Source of the DNA: an uncultured Spirochaetota bacterium
Lineage (GTDB): Bacteria > Spirochaetota > Brevinematia > Brevinematales > JAOACQ01
NCBI GenBank assembly: GCA_963783575.1
Contig: CAWAOD010000005.1
Location: 128,001 to 192,000 of the forward strand
Length of the DNA stretch: 64,000 nt
Direction of reading: 5' to 3'
Position 1 is the first letter of the stretch. The number at the start of each line of letters is the position of its first letter. The position numbers and the translations under genes are program-made. Below are positions 42,083-52,523 of this stretch, piece by piece. The notes below the pieces were generated by a model that was not told where the DNA came from, ran no database searches, and saw only the letters and a list, made by a program, of their open reading frames with translations.

Positions 42083-43235
42083 ATGGACATTTTTAAAGAG
42101 ACATCGATCGCCGGGATCAAATTGAAAAACCGGATCATCCGGTCGGCAACCCATGAATACTTTAATAAACCAGTACCGGAATTGAAGGAAATTTATACCA
42201 GACTTGCTCTTGGCGGAGCCGGAGCCATAATTACGGGTTTGACTGGAATTGACCCGGAACAGATTGGGTTTCCAAAGATGCCATTGTTATACAATAAGGA
42301 AGAACGTAATGAATGGAAGAGTTTTTTGAAGGATCTTGCGCCGTACAAAACCCCAATTATCCTGCAACTGACCCATAGCGGGGGAAAATCGATAGGAAAA
42401 AATGGAAAATCACCTTCTCCTTATAAGTATTATTTTAAGGAAAGTGATGAGATCACGCAGGAACAGATAAAAAAGGTAATAAATGATTTTGCGATCTTCG
42501 ATCGAATTGGCAAAATCGGCCGGTTTTGACGGCGTCCAGATACAGGCTTCACACGGTTATCTGTTATCCGAATTCCTTTCTCCGCGATTGAACCGGAGGA
42601 CAGATGACTGGGGCGGAAACACTGAAAATCGCTTCAGGATCATCAGGGAAATTATTTCAGAATCCAGGAAAAGGGTCGGCGATTTTCCCTTACTTGTAAA
42701 AATTTCCGCTTATGATACGGATGAAGGAGGTATGAGGATAGAAGAATCGATAAAGATCGCAAAATTGCTGGAAGAGGCAGGATGCGATGCCTTAGAAATT
42801 TCATGCGGTAACCTCAACGGATTCGATACAATAAGATCTGAAAAACCGCCGGTCGAAATGATTTTAAATCTTCCCAATTACAGAAACCTTCCTCCTGAAA
42901 AAAAACAATTTGCCGCAATCGAAATTAATAAAAATTTTATTCAGCACGAGAGATCGAAAATTATAATGTCGAAGCCGCATCAGAAATTAAATCGTCCGTT
43001 TCCATGCCGGTCATTGTAGTGGGCGGAATCCGAAAACTTGATAAAATAAATGAAATTATTAGTATCAGGAAAAGCAGATTTCGTTTCAATGTCCAGGCCT
43101 TTCATCATTGAACCGGATATCGTCAACAGATTTAAAAACGGACAAAATAAATCATCCTGTATAAATTGCGCCTACTGCTCGCCTGGTTTAGCCGACAAAC
43201 TGAAATGTTCATATGGAAAGTTTGTGCCTGATTAA
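42083..43235 (+). pseudogene. NADH:flavin oxidoreductase (old yellow enzyme family) split by three frameshifts
   Basis: LKNRIIRSAT, AGFDGVQIQASHGYLLSEFLSP, NRRTDDWGG, VVGGIR, SRPFIIEPD, CINCAYC in different frames; breaks may be sequencing errors. Confidence 0.8.
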
Positions 43236-43606
43236 AAAGATGGGCTGCATAATGAAAAGGATACAATTCTGCATATATAAATCGAAAAGTAAAGCTTTTA
43301 TATGGCATCCTTGCCAATAAGTTACCTTTATTAAGCTGATCCCTGCACAAGAACAGCCGGCCAGGCTTTTTATAGAATTGAAGAAAATATTCTTTTAGTT
43401 AGTCAATCCACTATGTTAATCATAAAACTGTGCAGTTTCGTCTTGCCCGGACATATACTTATCGAAACTGCAAAATGCCGGGTTTGCTTTCAATTACGCT
43501 TTCCCCGGCATTAAATCGGTTATTTTATTCCGGCTGTTCATCTTTTACAAGGCTTTTGTAACGGCGGCAAAGGTTACATTTGATAATAGCTGAATAACTT
43601 AGTGGA

Positions 43607-43721
43607 GTCAAACTGTACTTTTTGAGAGCGGCTTGGAGGAGCGTCCCGCCGATCTGTACGGAACGAAGTTCCGGGCGAAACATGATGTGAGTTAAGGCGG
43701 GCTCAAAAAGAACAGTTTGAC
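43607..43721. repeat. 115-bp element bounded by 21-bp inverted repeats
   Basis: GTCAAACTGTACTTTTTGAGA vs reverse complement GTCAAACTGTTCTTTTTGAGC (19/21). Confidence 0.7.
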
Positions 43722-43725
43722 GGAA

Positions 43726-45112
43726 CTATTTTATTAAAAAGCTGTTTTTAACCTTCGTACTAATTCCGAGTTCCTTCATTTTCTTATATAAATCCTGCCG
43801 GTGAAGCCCTATCTGGCTTCCTGTCCGGGTTATATTGAAATTGTTCTGTTTCAGGTAATATATGATGAATTCCTTCTCAAATTTTGAAGATATGATTTTC
43901 TTCGCCTGCGTTATATTGGCAGGCAATGTTTTGAAATCATAATCCTCTCCGGCGGCCGTTTCATTGTCATCCCCGGTTGATCCCTTATTTTCATTTTGCA
44001 GGTCGCCGGTTTCAATCCATTCCCTTTTGCTGAAAATAACCGATTTTTCAACTGTATTTCTTAGTTCCCTGATATTTCCGGGCCATTCGTATTCCTGAAA
44101 ATAATCAAGCAATTTTTCATCAAAGCCGATGATATTTTTTTCATATTTTTTCGAAAAATCTTTCAGGAATACCTGTGCAAGCGGTTTGATTTCATCTTTT
44201 CTTTCTCGCAGTGGCGGGATGTGAATTCTTATAAGATTCAAACGGTAAAGCAAATCTTCGCGGAATTTATTATTTTCGACCTCATTTTCGATATTTTTAT
44301 TGGTAGCGGAAATAACCCTCGTTTTGATTTTGACGGGAAGACTGCCGCCGACCCTGGTAATTTCATTTTCCTGCAGGACCCTGAGGAATTTTGCCTGCAG
44401 ATCCACAGGCATTTCGGCGATTTCATCGAGAAAAATGCTTCCTTTATCGGCCGATTCAAAAAAACCGATTTTTCTTTCGCTTGCCCCGGTATATGATCCT
44501 TTCTCAGCGCCGAAAAGGGCGCTTTCTATAAGGTTTTCGGGAATGGCGGAACAGTTTACGGGAACAAAATTCCCGGTTCTTTCGGAATACTTGCTGGATC
44601 ATCTTCGCTATTACTTCTTTTCCTGTTCCGGATTCCCCTGTTAACAAAACCGGAACATCTGTTTTTGAAATGGTTTTTACCTTTTCAATTATCGAATTCA
44701 TTACGGATGAAAAAAAATAGCCGTCCTGTGGTATTGTGATCCCTGATTTTAAAATAAAACTTTCTTTGATATGGCTGACGCGGTTTAACAATTCGTCATT
44801 ATCAAAAGGTTTTTTTACATAATCATAGGCTCCGTTTTTTATCGCTGTAATCGCCAGGTTTTCATTGCCGAAGGCGGTTATGAATATGACCTGGGTCAGT
44901 GGATATTGCCGTTTAATTATTGAAAGAAGCTCAAGCCCGTTCCTGCCCTTGAGCTGGTAATCAAGGATGATTATTTCAAAAAAGTCCTTTTTTATAATTG
45001 CAAGGCATTCCTCGAACGAGTTCGCGAAGACCGTATCATAGCCGTTATGCTTCAACAATGATGAAAGCGCGATGCACAATGCCTTTTCATCATCCACTAT
45101 AAGTATTTTCAT
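43726..45112 (-). CDS. Sigma54-dependent response regulator (NtrC/AtoC type), frameshifted near 44590
   Basis: ILIVDDE receiver, [21 protein letters not shown] (GAFTGA variant), [16 protein letters not shown]-terminal HTH. Confidence 0.88.
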
Positions 45113-46475
45113 TTTTTGCTTCACCTTTATAAAAAGATAGTTTGAATACGGTCTTATTCCTGGTGCTTCCGACAAGTTCAATATTTCCCATATGGTCGTT
45201 CATTATTTCCTTGCACACGGAAAGTCCCATGCCGGTACCGTTGTTTTTCGTGGTCCAGAACGCATCGAAAATTTTATCCTTGTCGCGGAAATCTATCCCG
45301 GTGCCGTTATCCTCTATGAAAATATTAACAAATCCAACGGTTTCATCGGAATAAACCGTGATGGTTGTGCAATCAGCTTCTATCGCATTATAAAGCAGGT
45401 TCAGGAAAATCTGGCGGACCTGGTAATTATTAAAATTTACCGTTGTATTCTTCAGCGGCTCGCTCAAAACCAGCCTTATGTTTCTCTTCTCAAAGTCGAA
45501 CATCAGCAATGTTTCAAGCGAGAGGAGCAATTGATGAACACCTATCCGGGAGACATCCTGCTTTTCATCCTTCCTGTAGGTTTTCAAAAACGATTCCGAG
45601 AGTTTTTTTATTTTCCCAAGCTCGTCTGATGTAATCTCTAGGAACTGCCTGACCTCATTTTCCTGCATTATTGAAAATCTGTCAAGCAATTGCTGGTTGA
45701 AGGATTGGATTGCAGTGACCGGGTTCTTTATTTCATGGATGAGGCTGCTAGTAAGTTTCTCAATGATCGTCTTTTTTTCATATATCTGAGTTTTTTTCAG
45801 CGTGTCAAGGTTAATGTAGTATTCATAATCCGATTCAAGCATATTTTTTTTGTAGGAAAGATAAAGTGTGAGTACCGACGCCAAAGCGAGAGAAATAGGC
45901 AAAGTGTCAAGCAGTAACATTTTGTTTTTTATAGTAAAAATAAGGTTAATGAAAACATAGGGGCTGACAGCAACTATTATTATAAAAACGAGCGGCAAAT
46001 CTTTTTTTGATTTTGCTTTTTTCCCGTCCGGTTTCACAACATAGTAGGCGAGAAGAGCAGACCAGAAGATAAGATGATAAATTACTCTGAAAAGAAGGTA
46101 CCCTTTAATAAATACCTGTCTCATAATTGTAAGGTCAATGATGAGTGAAAAAACCGGCACCAGTAATATGGTAAGGTATATTAATTTTAAAGTGTTCTTT
46201 TTATTCACGATTATATAAATGAAAGCAAAAGATGGAATGAAAAAATGGATTTTTTGGGAAAGATCAATATAGGAAAAGGCAGAGTTTTGTAAAATGCCCT
46301 GAGTGTTGTTATTGAGAGTATAAAAAAACACATAAAGAAAAACGGCGAACCAAAGCAATGCATAAATCCTTGTGGAAATAACCCTGGTTCCCATCAGGAA
46401 TATTGTTATCGAGGTGATGAAAATTATACCGCATGAAAAAATGTTTATGAATGCAATTATACTCACGTTATCCAT
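45090..46475 (-). CDS. Membrane sensor histidine kinase
   Basis: Multi-TM N-terminus; HEIKNP, NLLYNA, DNGTG, GTGMGL. Confidence 0.92.
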   Translation of the reverse strand: MDNVSIIAFINIFSCGIIFITSITIFLMGTRVISTRIYALLWFAVFLYVFFYTLNNNTQGILQNSAFSYIDLSQKIHFFIPSFAFIYIIVNKKNTLKLIYLTILLVPVFSLIIDLTIMRQVFIKGYLLFRVIYHLIFWSALLAYYVVKPDGKKAKSKKDLPLVFIIIVAVSPYVFINLIFTIKNKMLLLDTLPISLALASVLTLYLSYKKNMLESDYEYYINLDTLKKTQIYEKKTIIEKLTSSLIHEIKNPVTAIQSFNQQLLDRFSIMQENEVRQFLEITSDELGKIKKLSESFLKTYRKDEKQDVSRIGVHQLLLSLETLLMFDFEKRNIRLVLSEPLKNTTVNFNNYQVRQIFLNLLYNAIEADCTTITVYSDETVGFVNIFIEDNGTGIDFRDKDKIFDAFWTTKNNGTGMGLSVCKEIMNDHMGNIELVGSTRNKTVFKLSFYKGEAKNENTYSG

Positions 46476-46801
46476 CTCTTACCCCATTATTATAAGCCGT
46501 TTTGCTTATTATGGCAATAAGCATGCCTTTAACTAAGTCGAAAGTCATATAGTCGGCAGTCGAAAGTCAGAAATTCGTCAGGAAATCAATAATAGGTGAA
46601 ATATCAAAAAACTGGCCGGCGACTCTTGACTTACTACTTTCGACTAATTTGATTGCCGGCTATATGACTGGCTGACTCATTTTGTCAGTAAAAAATCTTC
46701 ATTGTAGGTAAAAATCCCTCCACTTTTCCCCGATTTTTGTTAAAAATATGGGACTTTTTATGGCATTAAAATTGCAATTAATGTCAGTTGAAGGAGTGAA
46801 T

Positions 46802-47626
46802 ATGTTTAAAGAAGAAAGAATCATAATGTTGAAGGTTTTAGCGATACTGATCGCTGTATTTGCAATGATTGCTTCCATAACCGGAATTGTTTATCCTGAT
46901 ATTTACAAACCTATTGTATTATTTAAAGCTATGTCGTTCATATTTATCCAGGATTTAATTTCATTAATAGCGGCAGTCTTATTATTAATTTTAACTCTTG
47001 CCGGAAAAAAGGAAAATATAAAAATTGGTATTTTCCAGACAGCAATAATAGGGTATATGTTTTATGCTTATGGAATGTATGTGCTGGGAACTCTGTACAA
47101 TTATTTTTATATTTCATATCAAGCCATATTCAGCCTTTCTATTTTTTATTTCATCAACGCCTTTACCGGAATCGAATACGAAAAGCTTGACTTCGGCATG
47201 CTTAAATCTTTACGGCTTATCATCGCCGTATTTTGTGCTGTTACTCCCGTTGTGTTTGCACCCCAGTGGATAAGCCTCATTTTACAATGGGCTCATAATG
47301 GTTTGAGACCAAGCGGAGGCAATTTTAATTTCTTTGTCAGTCTCCCAATACTGGACTTATGTTTTATTATACCGGTTTTCATTTTGAGTTCGATTTTTCT
47401 ATTTCAGAAAAAAATCCTGGGGGTTATATTAAGCGGGATATTACTGATAAAATTTATCACGCTTTTCCTGGCGGTTTCATTAGGATATTTATTACAGCCG
47501 CTCTTTCAAAATGATACAAAAATGGACGTCTTTAATGCGCTTCTATACTCTATAATTGCATTTGCCTGCATAGTTTTAGGCACCTTCTATTTTATTAATA
47601 TGAAAGTAGTAAAAACGGATTCCTGA
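46802..47626 (+). CDS. Polytopic membrane protein (paralog A)
   Basis: About 8 TM; QDLIS, YAYG, LDLCF; homologous to 48242-49060. Confidence 0.8.
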   Translation: MFKEERIIMLKVLAILIAVFAMIASITGIVYPDIYKPIVLFKAMSFIFIQDLISLIAAVLLLILTLAGKKENIKIGIFQTAIIGYMFYAYGMYVLGTLYNYFYISYQAIFSLSIFYFINAFTGIEYEKLDFGMLKSLRLIIAVFCAVTPVVFAPQWISLILQWAHNGLRPSGGNFNFFVSLPILDLCFIIPVFILSSIFLFQKKILGVILSGILLIKFITLFLAVSLGYLLQPLFQNDTKMDVFNALLYSIIAFACIVLGTFYFINMKVVKTDS

Positions 47627-47748
47627 TTTTGTAAAAAATTTCATAATTATTATGGGTTTTGAAAGGATTTAAAGATAAAATAATTCAAGAAAATTCTATC
47701 GCAGATGGTTACAAGCATTACAGCGAAAATTTTCATGGAGGTAAAATA

Positions 47749-48169
47749 ATGATAGGAGCAATCATTGCGAAGCAAGTAATCAGATCGGGGTTCGACGCCC
47801 TTAATAAAGGCAACCTGGAGAAATTCCTGAAGACATGGAGTGAAAATTGTGTCTTTATTTACCCGGGGAGGGTCAGGGCAGGCGGACAGTTTACAGGGAA
47901 ATCCCAGGTAAAAAAATGGTTTGAGGAATTCATCAAACAATTTCCTCAAAGAAAATTTACGGTAAAACATATGGGTGTTGAAAATATATTTGATATGGCA
48001 GGTAATAATACGATTTTTGCAAATTTGGATTTGGAACTTACAAATAAGGATAGACTTAATGTTATTAACAGTGCCGTTTCTGTAATCAGGATAAAAGGAT
48101 CAAAAGCTGTTAGAGTTGAAAATTATGGACGGCGACGAATATAAAAGAGGCTGGGGAGATATAAAATAA
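47749..48169 (+). CDS. NTF2/SnoaL-like protein (3' frameshift or small deletion near 48125)
   Basis: FDALNKGNLEKFLKTWSENCVFIYPG...GKSQVKKWF. Confidence 0.75.
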
Positions 48170-48241
48170 GGGATTTAAAATAATGCATGCGCTCTGACGG
48201 ATTCTATGTTCGAGAATTAATTTTAAAAAAGGAGAAAGACA

Positions 48242-49060
48242 ATGTTTAAAGAAGAAAAAATCACGACCCTGAAGGTTTTATCGATATCGATCGCCATATC
48301 TGCACTTGTCGCTTCCACAACAGGTATTATTTCCCCTGGAATCTATAAATCTATTGTATCGGATAAAGAAATGCCGTTTATATTTGCCCAGGATTTAATA
48401 TCATTCACAGCTGCAATACTGTTATTGGTTATAACATTTTTTGGAAAAAAGGAAAATGTGAAACTTAACATTATCAGGATAGGAATGATAGGATTTTTGT
48501 TTTATGCTTACGGGCCGTATGTTATGGGAACTCTGTATAATTACTTTTATTTTTTATATATATCCGTATTCGGCCTTTCTATTTTTTATTTTATCAACGC
48601 CTTTACCGGTATCGAATACGAAAGGTTTGACTTCAGCATACCAAATTCCCTTCGGATTATAATCGCGATATATTGCGCCATAGTTGCCGTTTTCTTTGCG
48701 CCGCAGTGGATAGCCGCCATATTGAATAATATTCATACTAATTTAAGGCCGGAGGTAAGCGGTTTTGCTTTCAGCTATTATGTTTATATGCTGGACTTGT
48801 GTTTTGTATTACCGGTTTGCGCATTGGCTTCGGTTTTTCTCTTTCAGAAGAAAACCCTGGGAGTCTTATTGGGAGGAATAATATCGATTAAAGGATTCAC
48901 GCTGATGCTGTCCGTAGCATTGGGCTTTATCTGCCTGCCGCTCTTCCATCAAAACAGCGATGCCGGCAATGTGGCTCTGTTCTCCATATTATCGTTTGTT
49001 TTCCTGGTTTTAAGCTTCTTTTACTTTTTTTATACAAAAGTAAAAAAAGCGGATGCATAA
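48242..49060 (+). CDS. Polytopic membrane protein (paralog B)
   Basis: Shares MFKEE start, QDLIS, FYFINAFTGIEYE, FAPQWI and LDLCF with 46802-47626. Confidence 0.8.
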   Translation: MFKEEKITTLKVLSISIAISALVASTTGIISPGIYKSIVSDKEMPFIFAQDLISFTAAILLLVITFFGKKENVKLNIIRIGMIGFLFYAYGPYVMGTLYNYFYFLYISVFGLSIFYFINAFTGIEYERFDFSIPNSLRIIIAIYCAIVAVFFAPQWIAAILNNIHTNLRPEVSGFAFSYYVYMLDLCFVLPVCALASVFLFQKKTLGVLLGGIISIKGFTLMLSVALGFICLPLFHQNSDAGNVALFSILSFVFLVLSFFYFFYTKVKKADA

Positions 49061-49117
49061 ACCCAATTTTATTATACTTTAATTTATTATGACATAATAG
49101 GTAATGTCAAAATTTTT

Positions 49118-49436
49118 ACCTGCCTGGCCTGCCTACGCCGGGATCTCCGGCAGGTAGATGGAAGACAGGTGAAATAAGGGGAGATTTTAGGAAAAGAAAA
49201 AGAGGTGTTCAGGAATTTCCCCTCCTTGGAGGGGCTAGGGGTGGGTTCCCTCGATAGTTTTTAAGCAGGAAGCCATATACTCGGGAATCGGTCGTCGTGG
49301 TTCGGCAAGCTCACCAACCGAAATTTAGCATTGAAGTAAACTAAACCTGGTCCCTGAGCCTGTCGAAGGGCTATACTATCGAGATGACCCCAACCCCGGA
49401 GCCTGTACTGAGCTTGCCGAAGTGAGGGAGGGGAGG
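49118..49436. repeat. Cluster of nested REP-like palindromic elements
   Basis: CCTGCC...GGCAGG; CCCCTCCTTGGAGGGG; GGTTCGGCAAGCTCACC; CCCTGAGCCTGTCGAAGGG; CTGAGCTTGCCGAAG. A related copy GGTTCGATTTGACTCACC lies near 63622. Confidence 0.6.
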
Positions 49437-49527
49437 TCGTTAAACAAAGCTTTATTTGTAAATGAATTAAGAAATTATAGATTGATATAACATAAAACTT
49501 TTGACATTATGATCACAGGAGGAAAAT

Positions 49528-49899
49528 ATGATCGGTTTTTTGAAAAAGAAAGTTCTTTTCATTGCTGTTAACGTAATTTTGTTGCTGGCTTTTACCGGCT
49601 GTAAGAAGGATATTACTATAAACAATCCCGACATGAAAACAATTATGGACGGTTCTTATACCGGTGAATATGAGGCAGGTCCCGTGAAGGTTAAGATTCT
49701 TGTAAGTGTTACAAATCACACTATTACCATGATAAAAATACTGGAACACAGGACCGGGTTCGGGAAAAAAGCTGAAAAGCTTACAAATATTATTGTGGAA
49801 AAACAGTCACTCAATGTGGATGTTATTAGCGGAGCAACGCTTTCAAGTAAGGTAATTTTAAAGGCGGTGGAAAGCGCCCTGTTGAAGGGAACAAATTAG
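49528..49899 (+). CDS. FMN-binding (flavinylated) lipoprotein
   Basis: Lipobox FTGC; DGSYTG, VDVISGATLSS flavinylation motif. Confidence 0.9.
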   Translation: MIGFLKKKVLFIAVNVILLLAFTGCKKDITINNPDMKTIMDGSYTGEYEAGPVKVKILVSVTNHTITMIKILEHRTGFGKKAEKLTNIIVEKQSLNVDVISGATLSSKVILKAVESALLKGTN

Positions 49900-49907
49900 G
49901 AGGACAT

Positions 49908-50567
49908 ATGATACGCTTTATTATTATGATATTTTTTCTCATAATTTCGGCTTTTATATTCTTTGTCCATTCTTCGGCAAAAAATTTGATAACCCCCATT
50001 CTTTACGGAGGTATAAATGACGGTGGCATCGTGATGATAGGCAAAGTCGACGGTGTAACAGGCGCCACAAAAATGGGAGGCCATGCCGGCCTTCAGGCCG
50101 AGTTTAATTTGTGGGGTAATTATATTCAAACGGGTATTGATTATTTGTATTATGCTGAAGACATCATATATAACGATCCGAAGAACAGCATCAGCGGGAC
50201 AAGGTCATTCGCCTTACAAACGGTCTCCTTTCCGGTTACTTATAATTTACACTTTTTCAACCGGAGTAATGGGACTCCCATTTTAGTTCTGAGCCTTGGT
50301 GTTCAGGGTTCCTATTTCTTATCGCAGGATGTGCGCGATTCTGGAACCCTATCCGGCTATCAATTAAAAAATTACACTTTTGCGCCATTACTCCGCTTTT
50401 CGGTATATCCCTTTAACTTTTTGGATCAATATTCCGCCGGGGTTTATCTTAACGTATCCCGTACTTTTAAATCGCAGTTTTATTCGGATGATTATTATTC
50501 AAAAGATTTTGCTGGTGATGTTGTAACGCTGGATTTAGGGATTGCCTTGAATTATTTATTATGGTGA
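49908..50567 (+). CDS. Predicted outer-membrane beta-barrel protein containing DGVTGAT
   Basis: Signal peptide, alternating beta strands, aromatic C-terminus. Confidence 0.6.
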   Translation: MIRFIIMIFFLIISAFIFFVHSSAKNLITPILYGGINDGGIVMIGKVDGVTGATKMGGHAGLQAEFNLWGNYIQTGIDYLYYAEDIIYNDPKNSISGTRSFALQTVSFPVTYNLHFFNRSNGTPILVLSLGVQGSYFLSQDVRDSGTLSGYQLKNYTFAPLLRFSVYPFNFLDQYSAGVYLNVSRTFKSQFYSDDYYSKDFAGDVVTLDLGIALNYLLW

Positions 50568-50604
50568 TTGTCAATAGTCTGACAGATCGAATTATAAGGA
50601 GATT

Positions 50605-51420
50605 TTGATGAAGCGTTACTTTTTGGTAGCAATTATTCTGATCATTTTCGGCTCAACTTACTCTGAAATAGTCAAAGAAGGATTTTATCTTAATGCGAAT
50701 TTTGACAGCTCTGTAAATCCGGTAGGAATGATGCTGGAAACAACCCTGTTTTACCGCTGGCCTTTGTTCGGAAATAAAGGGATATTGTTTGAAAATTCCA
50801 GGGTAGATACGGGAGTCATGAATTGGCTGACTCCAACGGACAATCTGGCAGGACTTTATTTAAGGTTTGAACCGATCGCTTTTTTTGATATTGCATTTGA
50901 GGGCGGTTATTATGGTATATTTGACGGCTTGAATATCGGTTTCCGGCCTATAGACAGCCCGAAAGAACCTTACGATCCAGATTCCGCAAAGAATCAGCAG
51001 CATCTCGAGCGCTCGGGGATTTGGTGGATGGTTATTCCAACGCTCAAGATGAAATTCTGGAATATTTTAGTTTCGGATTCGCTGACCTTTAATTACTTTA
51101 ATTTGTATTATTCCGGTTATTATGTGGCCATTCATACTGACTCAATCCTTCGCGGGGAGGATGTGAATTTTCTGAACAATATTTATGGGCTTTATCTATG
51201 GAACAAAAGTTTTCTAACCGGATTGAACGATTATTACCTGTTTGTGCCGAATAGCGGCTATGTTTCCCACAGATTGTCCGCAATAATTATCTACAATCCG
51301 GCAATCGGCTGGTTTGCTGATACTTATATCGTTGCCTGGGCCGGCACTTTTCTTCAAGATCATTGCTATGAGGGGAAACTTTTCTTGATGACACAACTCG
51401 GTTTTACCGTAAAACTTTAA
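50605..51420 (+). CDS. Predicted outer-membrane beta-barrel protein
   Basis: Signal peptide, aromatic-rich amphipathic strands, C-terminal QLGFTVKL. Confidence 0.55.
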   Translation: MMKRYFLVAIILIIFGSTYSEIVKEGFYLNANFDSSVNPVGMMLETTLFYRWPLFGNKGILFENSRVDTGVMNWLTPTDNLAGLYLRFEPIAFFDIAFEGGYYGIFDGLNIGFRPIDSPKEPYDPDSAKNQQHLERSGIWWMVIPTLKMKFWNILVSDSLTFNYFNLYYSGYYVAIHTDSILRGEDVNFLNNIYGLYLWNKSFLTGLNDYYLFVPNSGYVSHRLSAIIIYNPAIGWFADTYIVAWAGTFLQDHCYEGKLFLMTQLGFTVKL

Positions 51421-51439
51421 GAAATAAGCTTAAAGCTTG

Positions 51440-51517
51440 ATCATTTCAAGCCTTACTCCGTTCCACAAAAGCACGCTTTGAGAGAGCAATCCGTGGAGAT
51501 TTCCGTAAGACGCATGG
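51440..51517. repeat. att-like dispersed repeat copy 3
   Basis: TCATTTCAAGCCTTACTCCGTTCCACAAAAGCACGCTTTGAGA...ATCCGTGGAGATT...CGCATGG matches copy 1. Confidence 0.8.
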
Positions 51518-51686
51518 TTTATTAAGATGAAATAATAAGAATATTTTTTATCTGCCTGTAATTAAAATTTTCCTAAAACACTTGACAAAAAGTGACTACA
51601 AGTGTAATATTAATGACTTCATATGTAGTCACCGGATAAAGGAGTCTAAGAAGATTAATAAAAAGCCTTTCAGCAGGAGGTTTCGA

Positions 51687-52481
51687 ATGAGTAAAATTAG
51701 AATAATAAGGGTAATAGCTATCTTAATTTTGACGGCTGGTGTCATATTTTCAAAATCAGCTGAAGTAATTCAGCATGTATCAAAAAGACCTGGAAACTTT
51801 TCTAAAGGAGTTTGGATTAAAAAGTACCCAAAAAATTATGCATGTTTCAAATTTGAAACTCCCGATGGATTTACAATCATTTGTGATCCTTTTGAGATGG
51901 ATGAAACAGTATCGGCGGACATTGTGACTGAAAGTCATATAGATGCGGATCACACGAATACATCAAAAATAACAGGTTTCTACAACCTATTTCGAAATCC
52001 GGGTGTATATGAAGAAAATGGAATAAAAGTAACCGGTATCGGCGGATGGCACGATAAAGCAGGCCCCGCAAATGAAACCAACACGATATTTGTTTTCGAG
52101 ATCAACGGTATTAAAATCGCCCATTTTGCTTCTCTGGGTCAGGCGCCAAGTAAGGAGATGTGGGCAAAACTTGATGCTTTTAATTGTATTGACATTTTGC
52201 TGATTCAGGTATTTTCAGACGCTCACGTTTATATCAAATTGATGGTTGGCGAAAGCTGTGAAATTATCGACAGGCTTAATCCCAAGATTGTCATTCCGGA
52301 ACATGGTACGCCGGGTATTAGTAAGAGTATTGCAGAGCACTATCATACGCAGGCTAAACATATAAACTATAACGGGTTTGTTGTTACACAGGAGATGCTG
52401 AAAAATATAAATGGTCATAGAATTTTTGACATGGATAATGGAATAATAGTTATGGATGATGGAACGATAATTACTAATTAA
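51687..52481 (+). CDS. Exported MBL-fold hydrolase-like protein (degenerate motif)
   Basis: CFKFET...ICDPF, ESHIDADH, WHD, IVIPEH; ATG 51687 after AGGAGG. Confidence 0.7.
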   Translation: MSKIRIIRVIAILILTAGVIFSKSAEVIQHVSKRPGNFSKGVWIKKYPKNYACFKFETPDGFTIICDPFEMDETVSADIVTESHIDADHTNTSKITGFYNLFRNPGVYEENGIKVTGIGGWHDKAGPANETNTIFVFEINGIKIAHFASLGQAPSKEMWAKLDAFNCIDILLIQVFSDAHVYIKLMVGESCEIIDRLNPKIVIPEHGTPGISKSIAEHYHTQAKHINYNGFVVTQEMLKNINGHRIFDMDNGIIVMDDGTIITN

Positions 52482-52523
52482 TACCAAAAGACTAGAATAT
52501 TGCACAATAAACTGTGATAATTA

